A stretch of DNA of 64,000 nucleotides, taken from positions 160,001 to 224,000 of the forward strand of contig CAXXYH010000003.1 of the NCBI GenBank assembly GCA_963677925.2. Reading direction: 5' to 3'. Source of the DNA: Spirochaetia bacterium. Lineage in GTDB: Bacteria > Spirochaetota > Spirochaetia > UBA9216. The notes beneath the pieces are model-generated. The model had not been told where the DNA came from, ran no database searches, and was given only the letters and a program-made list of their open reading frames with translations. The translations under genes and the position numbers were made by a program. Position 1 is the first letter of the stretch. The number at the start of each line of letters is the position of its first letter. Shown here in pieces: positions 20,807 through 32,186 of the stretch.

Positions 20807-21212
20807 TCTCTTTATTGATACTGTCCAGAACTCCGTTTACAAACTTATAAGATTCATCACTGCCGTACTGTTTGGCAATGTCAACTGCTTCATCAATAGT
20901 TACCGATGAAGGAATTTCCTTTCGGTAAAGCAGGCTGTAAACACTGATTCTGAGTATGGCCAGATCAACTTTCGATAGACGGTTAAAATCCCAGTTAACA
21001 AGATGCTCTTTAATTTTTTTATCGACACTTTCGATATTTTCAATTGTTCCGGAAATTAATAGACGGGCGAAATCAATTGCTGCCTGATTTCTTTCATTCT
21101 TTTCCATATCAAGCCATTCAAACTCTATCAGGCCGGAAGGATCTGTCTCAGACAACTGCCAGCTGAATATTGATTGAAAAGCTATTACCCGTCCTTTTCT
21201 GCGGGTTCCCAT
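20796..21212 (-). CDS. nusB: Transcription antitermination factor NusB
   Basis: TRRKGR, W...RLSKVDLAILR, IDEAVDIAKQYG...SYKFVNGVLD. Confidence 0.95.
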   Translation of the reverse strand: MGTRRKGRVIAFQSIFSWQLSETDPSGLIEFEWLDMEKNERNQAAIDFARLLISGTIENIESVDKKIKEHLVNWDFNRLSKVDLAILRISVYSLLYRKEIPSSVTIDEAVDIAKQYGSDESYKFVNGVLDSINKENED

Positions 21213-22288
21213 CAGTTTATATTTTCCTCATATATTGTAATCTCAGCTTTCTTTTTGAGCTCTTCAACAAGGCTCTCAAGGGCTTTGTTCAGGGCTGCAT
21301 TCTGCATAGATGCAATATATTTTTCAGCTATGTAATCCCTTACCGTCTTTTTGGTTGAAGGGTGCATAGGATCATCTAGACCTAGAAGTCTTTCTTTATA
21401 ATACTCGGTCACTTTAATAATATGAAATCCTATATTGGATTTAATAACACCTTTAACTTCACCCAGAGGCGTACTGAACAAGGCATCCATAAAGCCGCTG
21501 CCCAGATATGCTCTGGCATTAGGATCATTCAAAGTAATATATCCGGTATCTCCATTCTTATATTTAGAAGTCTGATCTTCGGTATAGTCATTAACTATTT
21601 TTTCAAATGTTGCAGTGCCGTTTACATATTTCCGGTATGCATCATTAGCTTTTTTTTCTGCAGCTTCGAGCTCACTGCCTGATAGATTTAAAGTGCTAAT
21701 ATAAACCTGGCTGTATCTTATGGTTTTACTTTGAACAAAAGAACTGATTTCAGAGTTATATAATTTTTCAATATCATCTGAACTTGGAAGAGTCATTGAA
21801 GCATTGATTTCTTCCTGTTTTTCACGGGCTATGTATTTCTGCAGAACAATCTGCTCAGCTATCTGACTTTTGTATTTATCCCAGGAATAACCTGTCTGAG
21901 ATTCAATCATGCTTTTAAACTGCTGATCGGAAATCTTAGCGTTATTCTGCTGTTCCAGCTGAGTTTTCTGAGTCTGAATAGTTTCATTAACCTCATTGTC
22001 TTCGGCTTTTAATCCGCTGTCTGCAGCCGCCTGGGAAATCAGCATCTCGGAAATCATTTTATCAAGGACTTCAAGCTTATCAGATTTCTTTACAGCAACA
22101 GCAGGAAGTCCGGAACGAACCCTGAGCTGATTGAGCATATTAACCTGCGCTTCAAGCTGCTTTACTGAGATCATTTCCGGCTTTGAAAGATTTACAGATG
22201 CAGCCGGTTTATCAATAACCAGCTGTCCGAAAACAATTCCACCTGTAAGTAAAAGGGATAAAAGTATAAATATTTTTCTATGATTCAC
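21212..22288 (-). CDS. SurA/PrsA-like parvulin peptidyl-prolyl isomerase chaperone
   Basis: Signal peptide, SurA N-domain (VLDKMISEMLISQAA), one PpiC domain (FEKIV..Y.ED..S...GD.GY; IKSNIGFHIIKV); GTG start. Confidence 0.8.
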   Translation of the reverse strand: MNHRKIFILLSLLLTGGIVFGQLVIDKPAASVNLSKPEMISVKQLEAQVNMLNQLRVRSGLPAVAVKKSDKLEVLDKMISEMLISQAAADSGLKAEDNEVNETIQTQKTQLEQQNNAKISDQQFKSMIESQTGYSWDKYKSQIAEQIVLQKYIAREKQEEINASMTLPSSDDIEKLYNSEISSFVQSKTIRYSQVYISTLNLSGSELEAAEKKANDAYRKYVNGTATFEKIVNDYTEDQTSKYKNGDTGYITLNDPNARAYLGSGFMDALFSTPLGEVKGVIKSNIGFHIIKVTEYYKERLLGLDDPMHPSTKKTVRDYIAEKYIASMQNAALNKALESLVEELKKKAEITIYEENIN

Positions 22289-22306
22289 GGTTACTTCCGT
22301 TAAAAA

Positions 22307-22627
22307 TTATTCGGTAGGTACGTCCCACCAGTCGCCTGCATCTTCAGTATTCTGCATATTCTCTCTCGCAGCCTTTAAAACATCACTGTCATCAACGGAT
22401 CTGTTAAACCATGCAAGCGAGAAAGCACAAATAATAAAAATTGCTCCAAGTACTGATGTAAACTTTGTTAAAATATTTCCGGATCTGCTTCCAAAGGCTG
22501 AAGAACTTCCGCCTCCGAATATTCCGCCAAGACCTTCACCCTGCTCATCCTGCAGAAGGACTATGATAATTAAAAGAACTGCGCTTATGCTGAATAAAAC
22601 CAGCAGTATGACTCCAATCGCACCCAT
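22307..22627 (-). CDS. secG: Preprotein translocase subunit SecG
   Basis: IVLLQ...GEGLGGIFGGG....FG......LTK.T; two TM helices. Confidence 0.92.
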   Translation of the reverse strand: MGAIGVILLVLFSISAVLLIIIVLLQDEQGEGLGGIFGGGSSSAFGSRSGNILTKFTSVLGAIFIICAFSLAWFNRSVDDSDVLKAARENMQNTEDAGDWWDVPTE

Positions 22628-22645
22628 TAAGATATCTCCGATAAT

Positions 22646-22677
22646 AAAAATATAGCCTCTCCTTTTGAGAGAGGCTT
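22646..22677 (-). terminator. Intrinsic terminator-like hairpin after tpiA
   Basis: AGCCTCTC-7 nt loop-GAGAGGCT followed by ATATTTTT on the minus strand. Confidence 0.6.
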
Positions 22678-22687
22678 TATTATATAC

Positions 22688-23440
22688 TTATTTGTCGTAT
22701 AAGGCTATAGGTAAAAACAAATCTGCTTTTAAAGATGCTCCGCCGACGAGCGCACCGTCGATATCGGGCATGCCCATCAGCTGTGCAGCATTATCGGGTT
22801 TTACTGAACCGCCGTACTGAATGATCATATCTTCAGCGGCTTTTTCAGAATAAAGAGCTTTAACTGTATCCCTTGTAACTTTATGAATCTGTTCTGCATC
22901 ATCGGGAGTGGCAGTCTTGCCGGTACCGATAGCCCATACAGGTTCATACGCAATAGTGACTTTTTCAAGCTCTTTTTCAGAAACATCTTTAAGACCTTTT
23001 TCTGTCTGAGATTTAACAACCTCTTCAGCTTTACCGGCTTCTCTTTCATCAAGCGTTTCACCGACACAGAGAATTACCTCAAGGCCTTCAGCAATAGCAA
23101 GTTTTACTTTCTTATTAATAAATTCGTCGGTTTCACCGTAAATATGCCGTCTTTCGGAATGTCCGAGTATTACTGCATCAACTCCAAGTTCCTTAAGCAT
23201 TTTTACAGAAGTTTCTCCTGTAAAAGCGCCTTCAACTTCATCAGACATATTCTGTGCACCAAGCATAATATTACTGCCCTTAACAACATCAGCTACAGCA
23301 GGTATGCAGACAAAACTTGGAGCAACCAGTATCTTATGGCCGCAGTTTCCCAGTCCTGCTTTTAATTCCTCTGCAAGCTTAGCTGCCTCGGACGGTGTTT
23401 TATTCATTTTCCAGTTTCCTGCAATGAATGATTTTCTCAT
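22688..23440 (-). CDS. tpiA: Triosephosphate isomerase
   Basis: AGNWKMN, GAFTGE, GHSERR, AYEPVWAIGTG, YGGSV, GALVGGASL. Confidence 0.97.
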   Translation of the reverse strand: MRKSFIAGNWKMNKTPSEAAKLAEELKAGLGNCGHKILVAPSFVCIPAVADVVKGSNIMLGAQNMSDEVEGAFTGETSVKMLKELGVDAVILGHSERRHIYGETDEFINKKVKLAIAEGLEVILCVGETLDEREAGKAEEVVKSQTEKGLKDVSEKELEKVTIAYEPVWAIGTGKTATPDDAEQIHKVTRDTVKALYSEKAAEDMIIQYGGSVKPDNAAQLMGMPDIDGALVGGASLKADLFLPIALYDK

Positions 23441-23461
23441 AACTTTACTCCCCTTTACTAA

Positions 23462-24643
23462 TTAACTGCGAAGAGCATCTATTCCGGGAAGAACCTTGCC
23501 TTCAAGGAATTCGAGTGAGGCTCCGCCGCCGGTAGATACGTGATCAATTTTATCTGCAAATCCGAATTTGTTTACAGCAGCAACTGAATCTCCGCCACCG
23601 ACAACTGTGGTCCCCTTACAGTCAGCAACATACTGTGCAACTTCAAGAGTTCCCTTTGAGAAGGCATCGAATTCAAACACACCCATTGGACCGTTCCATA
23701 CAATTGACTGAGCATTAACAATACGATCCTTAACCTTGGCAAGCGTTTTAGCTCCGATGTCCATGCCAAGCATATCAGCAGGGATATCCAGGCCGTCAAT
23801 ATATACAGCCTCTGCTGTTTCACTGAATTCTTTCGCAGCAACATGATCTTCAGGAAGAATAATTTCAACTTTCTTCTCAGCCGCTTTTGTAAGAAGATTT
23901 TTCGCAGTATCAAGGTAATCTTCTTCGAAAAGAGATTTTCCAATACTGTGTCCCTGTGCATAAAGAAATGTATAAGCCATTCCCCCGCCTATAATGAGAC
24001 TGTCAGCTTTTTCCAGAAGAGATTCAAGTACTCCGATTTTTGAGGAAACCTTAGCTCCGCCGATTATTGCTACAAAGGGTTTTTTCGGATTTTCAAGGAT
24101 ATTATCAAAGAATTTACATTCTTTCTCAATCAGAAAACCTGCAACAGCCGGAAGATACTTACTGACTCCTTCAGTAGATGCATGTGCTCTGTGCGCTGCA
24201 CCGAAGGCATCATTAACATAAACCTCGCCTAGTTTTGCAATTTTTTCTGCAAAGCCCGGATCATTTTTTGTTTCTTCCTTGTAGTAACGGGTATTTTCAA
24301 GAACAAGAATCTCTCCGCCCTTGAGATCAGAAGCCATTTTTTCGACTTCAGGACCTATGACATCAGGAGCCATAATAACTGATTTACCAAGAAGTTCAGC
24401 AAGCCTGTCAGCGGCCGGTTTAAGACTGAACTCAGGATTCTTTTCACCGCCCGGCCTTCCGCAGTGACTCATCACGATAAGGCTGGCACCGGGCTGTTCA
24501 AGAATGTATTTAATAGTCGGCAATGCCGCTACAATCCTGGTATCATCTGTGATAACACCATTTTTCAGGGGGACGTTAAAGTCCACCCTGATTAATACTC
24601 TTTTATTTTTAAGGTCAATATCTTTTACAGTTTTGAGACCCAT
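23462..24643 (-). CDS. pgk: Phosphoglycerate kinase
   Basis: [46 protein letters not shown]. Confidence 0.97.
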   Translation of the reverse strand: MGLKTVKDIDLKNKRVLIRVDFNVPLKNGVITDDTRIVAALPTIKYILEQPGASLIVMSHCGRPGGEKNPEFSLKPAADRLAELLGKSVIMAPDVIGPEVEKMASDLKGGEILVLENTRYYKEETKNDPGFAEKIAKLGEVYVNDAFGAAHRAHASTEGVSKYLPAVAGFLIEKECKFFDNILENPKKPFVAIIGGAKVSSKIGVLESLLEKADSLIIGGGMAYTFLYAQGHSIGKSLFEEDYLDTAKNLLTKAAEKKVEIILPEDHVAAKEFSETAEAVYIDGLDIPADMLGMDIGAKTLAKVKDRIVNAQSIVWNGPMGVFEFDAFSKGTLEVAQYVADCKGTTVVGGGDSVAAVNKFGFADKIDHVSTGGGASLEFLEGKVLPGIDALRS

Positions 24644-24661
24644 ACAAACAGCTCCTCTTGA

Positions 24662-25744
<1,083 letters not shown>

Positions 25745-27736
25745 TTACCTGATATTGTTGATTGAACTGAAAAGATCATCAGGAATGAACAATTGTGCAT
25801 CTGATGTTACGGGAAGCTGCTGCTCACTGGTATTTTCATCTTCCGAGGCGGGAATTACCGGAATAACATAATCTCCGGGGTTAATCATGTCAAAAAACTG
25901 GGACACTGACACCTCACCTTCCGATACAAGTTCATCAGAAGAGCTGATTTTTATGCTTCCAAGAAGGTCTTCTGAAGCGAAAGAGAGGGAAAAATCACTT
26001 TTGTTCCTCTGTATCATTCCCTTTTTTATGATCATCAGCTCGGCACCGGAACTTATGCCGTCTCGATGACCAAGATTGATAACTACCTGATCAAATTTTC
26101 TGTTTATAATGCTTCCGTAAACTGGAAGTCTTGAGTGTATTTCCTCTACAATAGCTGATGATGCTTCATGCAGCATCTGATTTCCTGTTCTCACAGCTTC
26201 AAGTCTTTCAAGCTCTCCGCCGGTATCTGCAAGATATACCCGGCTTTGAAGAGAAACTACCCTTTCTGTTTCATAGATATCGAAAATAATAAAATAATCA
26301 GCATTATTTTCTCGTGAAAGTCTGAAACATTCTGCATAATCACCATTGAATCCTGTTACAGTGATTTCAATATTTTCATAACCGGTAAGAAGATAATTAA
26401 TGTATTCAGAAAGGATCTGTTCTCCCTGAATATGATTCATTGAATCTTCAGCGTAGAATACCGCTATTTTATTCTTCATCTTTGGTTCCGTGAACTGATT
26501 AATATTCCATTTTTCAGATAGCGTTTCATCCATTAGACTTTTCTGTATTTCTATCTCATCTTTTAAATCTATGTCATCAGTACGGATGGCTGATAATTCG
26601 GTTAATATTGATATATATCTCTCATCATAGCCAATACGTTTATAAATCCCTGCAGACAGGAGTCTGGCCTCATAAGAATCAGGATAAATAAGCAAGGCTC
26701 TCCGGTATTCGTACTCAGCTTTATCGATCATGTTTCTTTCTTCATATTTTCTGCCGAGTTCAACATGATAGTTTGAATACTTTACACGCACATTATCATC
26801 AATCTGGGTGTTTCTGATTATTTCATTTTCAAGTGCAATTCTGGATAAATCTTCATCAGGTTTAATATTAAATGCTCTTGAATAGCATAATATTGATTTA
26901 GAAGTATCGCCTGAGTTCTCATAGGCTCTACCGAGCATATACCATAACAATACTTCGTTATCATTTTCGGATATAATATTATTAATAACGCTGATAACTT
27001 CATTATATTTCTGCTGATCCATATATAGACGGCTCAGGAGCAGAGAAGCTTCAGTAAAATCCTTTTTTAGGAATAGAGCTGTTTTTAAGTGGAAAAGAGC
27101 TTCATCGAGGTTGCCTTCGTTGTAGTAATGTTCAGCTGCCGTATACCGGACATAGGGATTCCCGGAATAATACTGAAGAGCCTGTGTGAGGTAGTATTCA
27201 GCTTTTTCAGTATCACCGTTTCTGTCGCTTATCAGAACCATTGATAGAAGTGCTTTCCTGCTTTCCGGAGATACTGCAATCGCTTCTTCAAAACGCTCAG
27301 CAGCTCTTGTTATACGGCCTGAGGCTATATCTATCTCAGCAAGACCAAAACCTGCATCTATATTGTTTTCCTCGATTTCCAGAATTTTATTAAACAGGAT
27401 TTCAGCATTATTAAAATCACCTGTAGAAAGAAAAAGACGGGCTTTTAGATTCATAACTTCAGTGTTGTTTTTATCAAGTCTTTCTGCTTTTTCGATATAT
27501 AACAAAGCCTCTTCATATTCATTCAGAAAATAATATGCTCTGGCCAGGCCTATTACCGGCTCTATATAGTTATTATTGCGCGATAGCGAGGTTTTATACA
27601 GTTCTATAGCTTTGTAATAGTTCCCTGCTGACTCCTGATAATTACCATCGCTGTAAAGCTCTACAGCGCCCCGTGACTGAGCGTGGATCTGCATGCTGGC
27701 AATAAAGAGCAGAATAACTATTAAAAACCTTTTCAC
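25745..27736 (-). CDS. Secreted TPR-repeat protein with FlgT-C-like C-terminal domain
   Basis: Signal peptide, about 10 TPR-like repeats, C-terminal VVINLG..DGI..G motif; GTG start. Confidence 0.7.
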   Translation of the reverse strand: MKRFLIVILLFIASMQIHAQSRGAVELYSDGNYQESAGNYYKAIELYKTSLSRNNNYIEPVIGLARAYYFLNEYEEALLYIEKAERLDKNNTEVMNLKARLFLSTGDFNNAEILFNKILEIEENNIDAGFGLAEIDIASGRITRAAERFEEAIAVSPESRKALLSMVLISDRNGDTEKAEYYLTQALQYYSGNPYVRYTAAEHYYNEGNLDEALFHLKTALFLKKDFTEASLLLSRLYMDQQKYNEVISVINNIISENDNEVLLWYMLGRAYENSGDTSKSILCYSRAFNIKPDEDLSRIALENEIIRNTQIDDNVRVKYSNYHVELGRKYEERNMIDKAEYEYRRALLIYPDSYEARLLSAGIYKRIGYDERYISILTELSAIRTDDIDLKDEIEIQKSLMDETLSEKWNINQFTEPKMKNKIAVFYAEDSMNHIQGEQILSEYINYLLTGYENIEITVTGFNGDYAECFRLSRENNADYFIIFDIYETERVVSLQSRVYLADTGGELERLEAVRTGNQMLHEASSAIVEEIHSRLPVYGSIINRKFDQVVINLGHRDGISSGAELMIIKKGMIQRNKSDFSLSFASEDLLGSIKISSSDELVSEGEVSVSQFFDMINPGDYVIPVIPASEDENTSEQQLPVTSDAQLFIPDDLFSSINNIR

Positions 27737-27738
27737 TT

Positions 27739-28521
27739 TTATTCCTTTTTTATTATCTTTATAGTACTGATCTTATGTCCGTCAACTTCCTGAATAACAA
27801 AATCAAGATTATCAACTGAAACCTTTTCATACCTGACAGGAATTTTACCAAAAAGATCAAAAACAAATCCTCCAAGCGTATCAAACTCCTCATCAGACAA
27901 TTCAGTGCCTATATGTTCATTAAGGTCCTCAAGATTAATTCTTGCATCACAAAGATATACACCTTCTCCGATCTGCATTATTTCATCATCTTCATTGTCA
28001 AATTCATCCTGAATATCACCGACTATTTCTTCTATAATGTCTTCCATGCAGACTATCCCGGACACACCGCCGTATTCATCAACACTGACAGCAATATGAA
28101 CCTTGCGTCTTTTAAACTCTCTTAACAGCGAATCGAGTTTTTTACTTTCAGGTACAAAATATGGTTTACGCATTATCTGCTCGATTTTTATACCCTCAAA
28201 ACTGTTTTTATCGGCTATAAAATATTTAAGCAGATCTTTTGCATAAAGAATGCCTGCAATATGATCGATGGTGTCATCGTAAACCGGTACTCTCGAATGA
28301 CCGCATTCAAGAAGTGTTTGAACGGCTTCATTGATATTGATGTCTTTTGAAATAAAAACAACATCAATTCTTGGAACCATAACCTCTTTAACAGAGGTTT
28401 CAGCAAGTTCTACAACTCCCCTTATCATATCCTTTTCAGTTGAATTAAGATGTTGAAAACTTTCTTCATCCTCATCCTGGGTGCGGCTGGTGAGCTTTTC
28501 CCAAAAACCTTTCTTTTTCAA
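27739..28521 (-). CDS. CorC/HlyC (TlyC-like hemolysin family) CBS-pair protein
   Basis: VKEVMVPR, GHSRVPVY, DEYGG.SGIV..EDIIEEIVGDIQDEFD, CorC domain DTLGG. Confidence 0.88.
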   Translation of the reverse strand: MKKKGFWEKLTSRTQDEDEESFQHLNSTEKDMIRGVVELAETSVKEVMVPRIDVVFISKDININEAVQTLLECGHSRVPVYDDTIDHIAGILYAKDLLKYFIADKNSFEGIKIEQIMRKPYFVPESKKLDSLLREFKRRKVHIAVSVDEYGGVSGIVCMEDIIEEIVGDIQDEFDNEDDEIMQIGEGVYLCDARINLEDLNEHIGTELSDEEFDTLGGFVFDLFGKIPVRYEKVSVDNLDFVIQEVDGHKISTIKIIKKE

Positions 28522-28985
28522 AATTTAAATTCTCCAAACTCCTGTAATATTTTTTCCTGATATAACAGCATTTCTTCGTCAGCATCATTGGTTTCATGAT
28601 CCATTCCGCTAAGATGAAGAATACCATGAATAAGCAGTCTTTTAAATTCCTCCTGCTGTTCAACATTAAAATACTCTGCGTTCTTTTTCAGACTGTCAAC
28701 AGACAGTACCAGATCTCCCCAGTAGACCGTTTCATCATCGTCAGGGTCAGTCACAAAATCCCAGGGCTCTTCATCTTCGGTACAGAAGCTTAATATATCA
28801 GTAGGTTCATCTTTGCTGCGGTATGTTTTATTAAGCTTTTTAATATATTCATCATCACAGATCAGCAGTGAAAATTCTTTATTATCAGCTCCTATTTGCC
28901 TGCAAACAGCCTGCATATAAGCAATTATTTTCTCCTGACTGTATTCTAAACTAATATCTTCAACTATTAAATCAATTTTATTCAT
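28518..28985 (-). CDS. ybeY: rRNA maturation endoribonuclease YbeY
   Basis: LNKTYR.KDEPTDILSF, HGILHLSGMDH zinc motif; ATG 28985 preferred as start. Confidence 0.92.
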   Translation of the reverse strand: MNKIDLIVEDISLEYSQEKIIAYMQAVCRQIGADNKEFSLLICDDEYIKKLNKTYRSKDEPTDILSFCTEDEEPWDFVTDPDDDETVYWGDLVLSVDSLKKNAEYFNVEQQEEFKRLLIHGILHLSGMDHETNDADEEMLLYQEKILQEFGEFKF

Positions 28986-31203
28986 TTTCGCTCTTTTCTT
29001 TCTGATTGGGATACTCAATCCTCGTATGAAAACTACCGCCTAATATCTGAACAAATGAATTTTTAACAGTTTCGAGATCTTTAAATGTAAGGGCTGTATT
29101 TTTCATCTGACCGTGGCTCACTTTCTCCATTATGAGTTCCCACACGAATCTTTCAAGCTTTGCCATAGTAGGGTTTTTTAGAGTACGTGTAGCAGCCTCT
29201 ACAGTATCAGCCAGCATTACCACAGCAGCCTCACGGCTCACAGGAGGAGTCCCGTTATATGCAAAATCTTCAGGTGACAGTTTTTGATCCATTTTCTGCT
29301 CTTTCAGCGCTTTCATGTAAAAATAGCTGATTTGTCCGCTGCCGTGATGCTGCGAAATTATTTCCATTACGGCATCGGGAAGACCAAGCTCCTTCGCTTT
29401 TTCAAAACCGATTTTGACATGACTTTTAATAACTGCGGTTGAGAGTGTTGCCTTCAGATCATCATGCTTGTTGCCCTCTTTCTGATTCTCGATAAAATAC
29501 TCAGCCTGATCGATTTTTCCAATATCATGATAATAAGCGCCTACGCGTGCCAGAAGGGCATTGGCGCCAATCTCCTTAGCTGCAGTTTCAGCGAGATTCG
29601 CTACACTCACACTATGACTGTAGGTACCAGGTGCAAGAATAAGCATTCGCTTGAACAATGGAGTATTTAAATCCGAAAGCTCCATAAGTCTGAAAGGTGT
29701 GGGAGCGTTCAGCATATGTTCAAGTATGGGCAGCAGACCAAGAGTAAAAATACCGCACAGGAAGCCATTAACAATGGATACAAGCACAGCATTCAGATAC
29801 CATGAAGCTTCCATGCTCTGCAGGAGGCCGATAATTATAATTACTGAAGTATTCAGAAGAGATACAAATAATCCCGCTTTAACAAGGGTTATTCGATTTT
29901 CGGCACCATAAACGATTAGACTACCGAAAGCTCCTGAAAGAAATGTAAAAATAAAATTATAAATTTGATTTCCCGGCATGATTAAAATCGAAAGACTTAG
30001 AATAATTGAACTTATGATACCGACCCTCGTATTAATCATTATTGAAATCAGCATCGTAACAAGGGCAGTAGGAACAAAAGCTGAAAATATCATTCCTTCC
30101 TGAAGATTCAGATATCTGATGACCAGTGAAGAAGTTACTGAATACACGGCAAACAGTATGAGCATAAGAAAAAGCATATTGCGTATGGGCGTTCTTAATA
30201 AAATCGGGGGCTGTAGAAGCTTAACAGAAATAATGAACAGGAACAGAAGATATAAAAATCGACCTAAAAATACAGTTACATTTACCTTTTCAGAAAAAGA
30301 ACCTAATGCCTCAACTTTAATCATATTTTCTTCGGTAATGATAAAACCCTTCTTAACTATAACCTCGCCTTTCACCATTTTTTTTATAACAGGTTCTACC
30401 TGGTCTCTGGCTCTGGCCCTGTTTTTTTCAGTAAGTTCGGAATCATAAAAAGAATTTTCCTCTATGGCCCTTAAAACCAGCTCAACAGAGGTTTTAGTCT
30501 GCAGTTCGGTGAAGTTGGTGTCAATTAGTATCATCTCCACAGCTTTGGGAATGGTCCTGACGGTGACGGCATCATCCTGAAAAATAATTTCTCTTTCTTT
30601 TTCTCCATCACGCCATCGCAGAACTTCAATTGAGTCAGTGCTGTTTTTAAAGTTGTCCGGAATACTTGTAATTCCGGTAACCATCAATTGCTGTAAAACA
30701 CTCCTGATAGCATTCAAAAAACTGTCCGGTTCTTTAATAAGGTATAGATCGGCTACTGTCTTTTCATCAAGATATCCTGGAAGTTCCGATTGGATTTCCA
30801 GAAAAACCTCTTCCGGCAATTTCCCCTGTGAATAAAAACTCAGATATGAATTGACCATTGAATCAAAGGTAGTCATCACACGCTCAGTAATACTGTCTGA
30901 AACAGTGAAAACCGGCTCTACAAGAAGAGCTTCTGCCTGACGTTTAAGTTCGGTAGCCTTGCTGTCTACATACTCCAAATCCCTATCGACAATAAGATCC
31001 CGTTCAGCGACCTTGCCAAGTTCATAATCGGAGAGCTTTACTCCAGCTGTAAGTATACCGTTATTGGCTATAAGGACTACCGACAGGTAATAAATAATTA
31101 TAAGAGCCAAAACTGCTAAAGCGAGTATTCTGTCTGAAAAAATTCCTGAAAAATTTTTGAAAAAATGCTGAGATTTAACTCTGTTTTTATCCGTGTTTTT
31201 CAT
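28978..31203 (-). CDS. 7TM-HD phosphohydrolase (PgpH-like c-di-AMP phosphodiesterase family)
   Basis: Extracytoplasmic 7TMR-HDED region, 7 TM helices, APGTYSHS, YYHDIGK, FIENQ, QHHG, MLADTVEAA. Confidence 0.88.
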   Translation of the reverse strand: MKNTDKNRVKSQHFFKNFSGIFSDRILALAVLALIIIYYLSVVLIANNGILTAGVKLSDYELGKVAERDLIVDRDLEYVDSKATELKRQAEALLVEPVFTVSDSITERVMTTFDSMVNSYLSFYSQGKLPEEVFLEIQSELPGYLDEKTVADLYLIKEPDSFLNAIRSVLQQLMVTGITSIPDNFKNSTDSIEVLRWRDGEKEREIIFQDDAVTVRTIPKAVEMILIDTNFTELQTKTSVELVLRAIEENSFYDSELTEKNRARARDQVEPVIKKMVKGEVIVKKGFIITEENMIKVEALGSFSEKVNVTVFLGRFLYLLFLFIISVKLLQPPILLRTPIRNMLFLMLILFAVYSVTSSLVIRYLNLQEGMIFSAFVPTALVTMLISIMINTRVGIISSIILSLSILIMPGNQIYNFIFTFLSGAFGSLIVYGAENRITLVKAGLFVSLLNTSVIIIIGLLQSMEASWYLNAVLVSIVNGFLCGIFTLGLLPILEHMLNAPTPFRLMELSDLNTPLFKRMLILAPGTYSHSVSVANLAETAAKEIGANALLARVGAYYHDIGKIDQAEYFIENQKEGNKHDDLKATLSTAVIKSHVKIGFEKAKELGLPDAVMEIISQHHGSGQISYFYMKALKEQKMDQKLSPEDFAYNGTPPVSREAAVVMLADTVEAATRTLKNPTMAKLERFVWELIMEKVSHGQMKNTALTFKDLETVKNSFVQILGGSFHTRIEYPNQKEKSENE

Positions 31204-32137
31204 ACGCCTGTATTATCTGTCTGACTATTTTTTTTCTGACTACATCTTTTGTGTCAAAATAGTTAAACGAGATACCTTCTATATCTTTTAGAATTGAAGA
31301 TGCATGGATCAAACCTGATTCCATGCCTTTAGGCAGGTCCGTCTGCGTAACATCACCGGTTATAACAGCCTGAGAACCCTCTCCTATTCGAGTCAGGAAC
31401 ATTTTCATCTGTGTTTTCGTTGTGTTCTGAGCTTCATCAAGGATGATAAAGCTGTCGGTAAGACTTCGACCTCTCATATATGCGAGCGGAGCGATCTCTA
31501 TCAGACGGTTCTCTTCCATCCTTGTTATGACTTCGTAGGGAAGAAATGAGTCCATTGCATCGTATATGGGTTTCAGATAGGGACTAAGCTTCTGAGTAAG
31601 ATCACCAGGCAGAAATCCGAGACTTTCACCTGCCTCAACCACTGGTCTGGTTATAATTATACGCCGCTTTTTTTTAGAGAGAACATCGCTTAGCGCCGAG
31701 GCTACGGCAAGATATGTTTTTCCTGTTCCTGCCGGTCCAATACCGAAAACAACTTCATTTTTCTCTATATTCTGTATATAAGCTGCCTGATGCGAGTTTC
31801 TGGGGAAGATTTTTTTCCCTCCCGGGACATTTATTATTTTATTCGCAAAGAGTTCACGTTCATCTGCCGTATCATTTGTAAGCGTCTCATATACTTCAGA
31901 AACAAGACGAGGGTCTACAACACGTCCGCTTTTAATACAGTTTCTCAAAGAATCGACAAGCTGTCTGAAAGCCTCCTGTTTAGTCTGCTCATCAGAATCA
32001 AGTCTTATTTCATTTCCTTTATAACGCACTTCAGCACTAAGCAGTGCTTCTATGGCTTTTAAATTTTCATCATTGGCACCGCAAAGTTCAGTAAGAACTC
32101 CATGGTCTTCAAGGACAATTGTAAGATTGCTGTTCAA
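31187..32137 (-). CDS. phoH: PhoH/YbeZ family ATPase
   Basis: GPAGTGKT, TRPVVEAGE.LGFLPGDL, LAYMRGR, DEAQN, GDVTQ.DL; AAGGAG RBS with TTG start. Confidence 0.92.
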   Translation of the reverse strand: MNSNLTIVLEDHGVLTELCGANDENLKAIEALLSAEVRYKGNEIRLDSDEQTKQEAFRQLVDSLRNCIKSGRVVDPRLVSEVYETLTNDTADERELFANKIINVPGGKKIFPRNSHQAAYIQNIEKNEVVFGIGPAGTGKTYLAVASALSDVLSKKKRRIIITRPVVEAGESLGFLPGDLTQKLSPYLKPIYDAMDSFLPYEVITRMEENRLIEIAPLAYMRGRSLTDSFIILDEAQNTTKTQMKMFLTRIGEGSQAVITGDVTQTDLPKGMESGLIHASSILKDIEGISFNYFDTKDVVRKKIVRQIIQAYEKHG

Positions 32138-32155
32138 GTCTTCTCCTTATGGACA

Positions 32156-32185
32156 AGTGTAGCTAATCACGACGCGATGAGTCAA
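32156..32185 (-). promoter_or_regulatory. Putative sigma70 promoter of the phoH-HD-ybeY-corC operon
   Basis: TTGACT (32185-32180), 18 bp spacer, TACACT (32161-32156). Confidence 0.55.
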
Positions 32186-32186
32186 G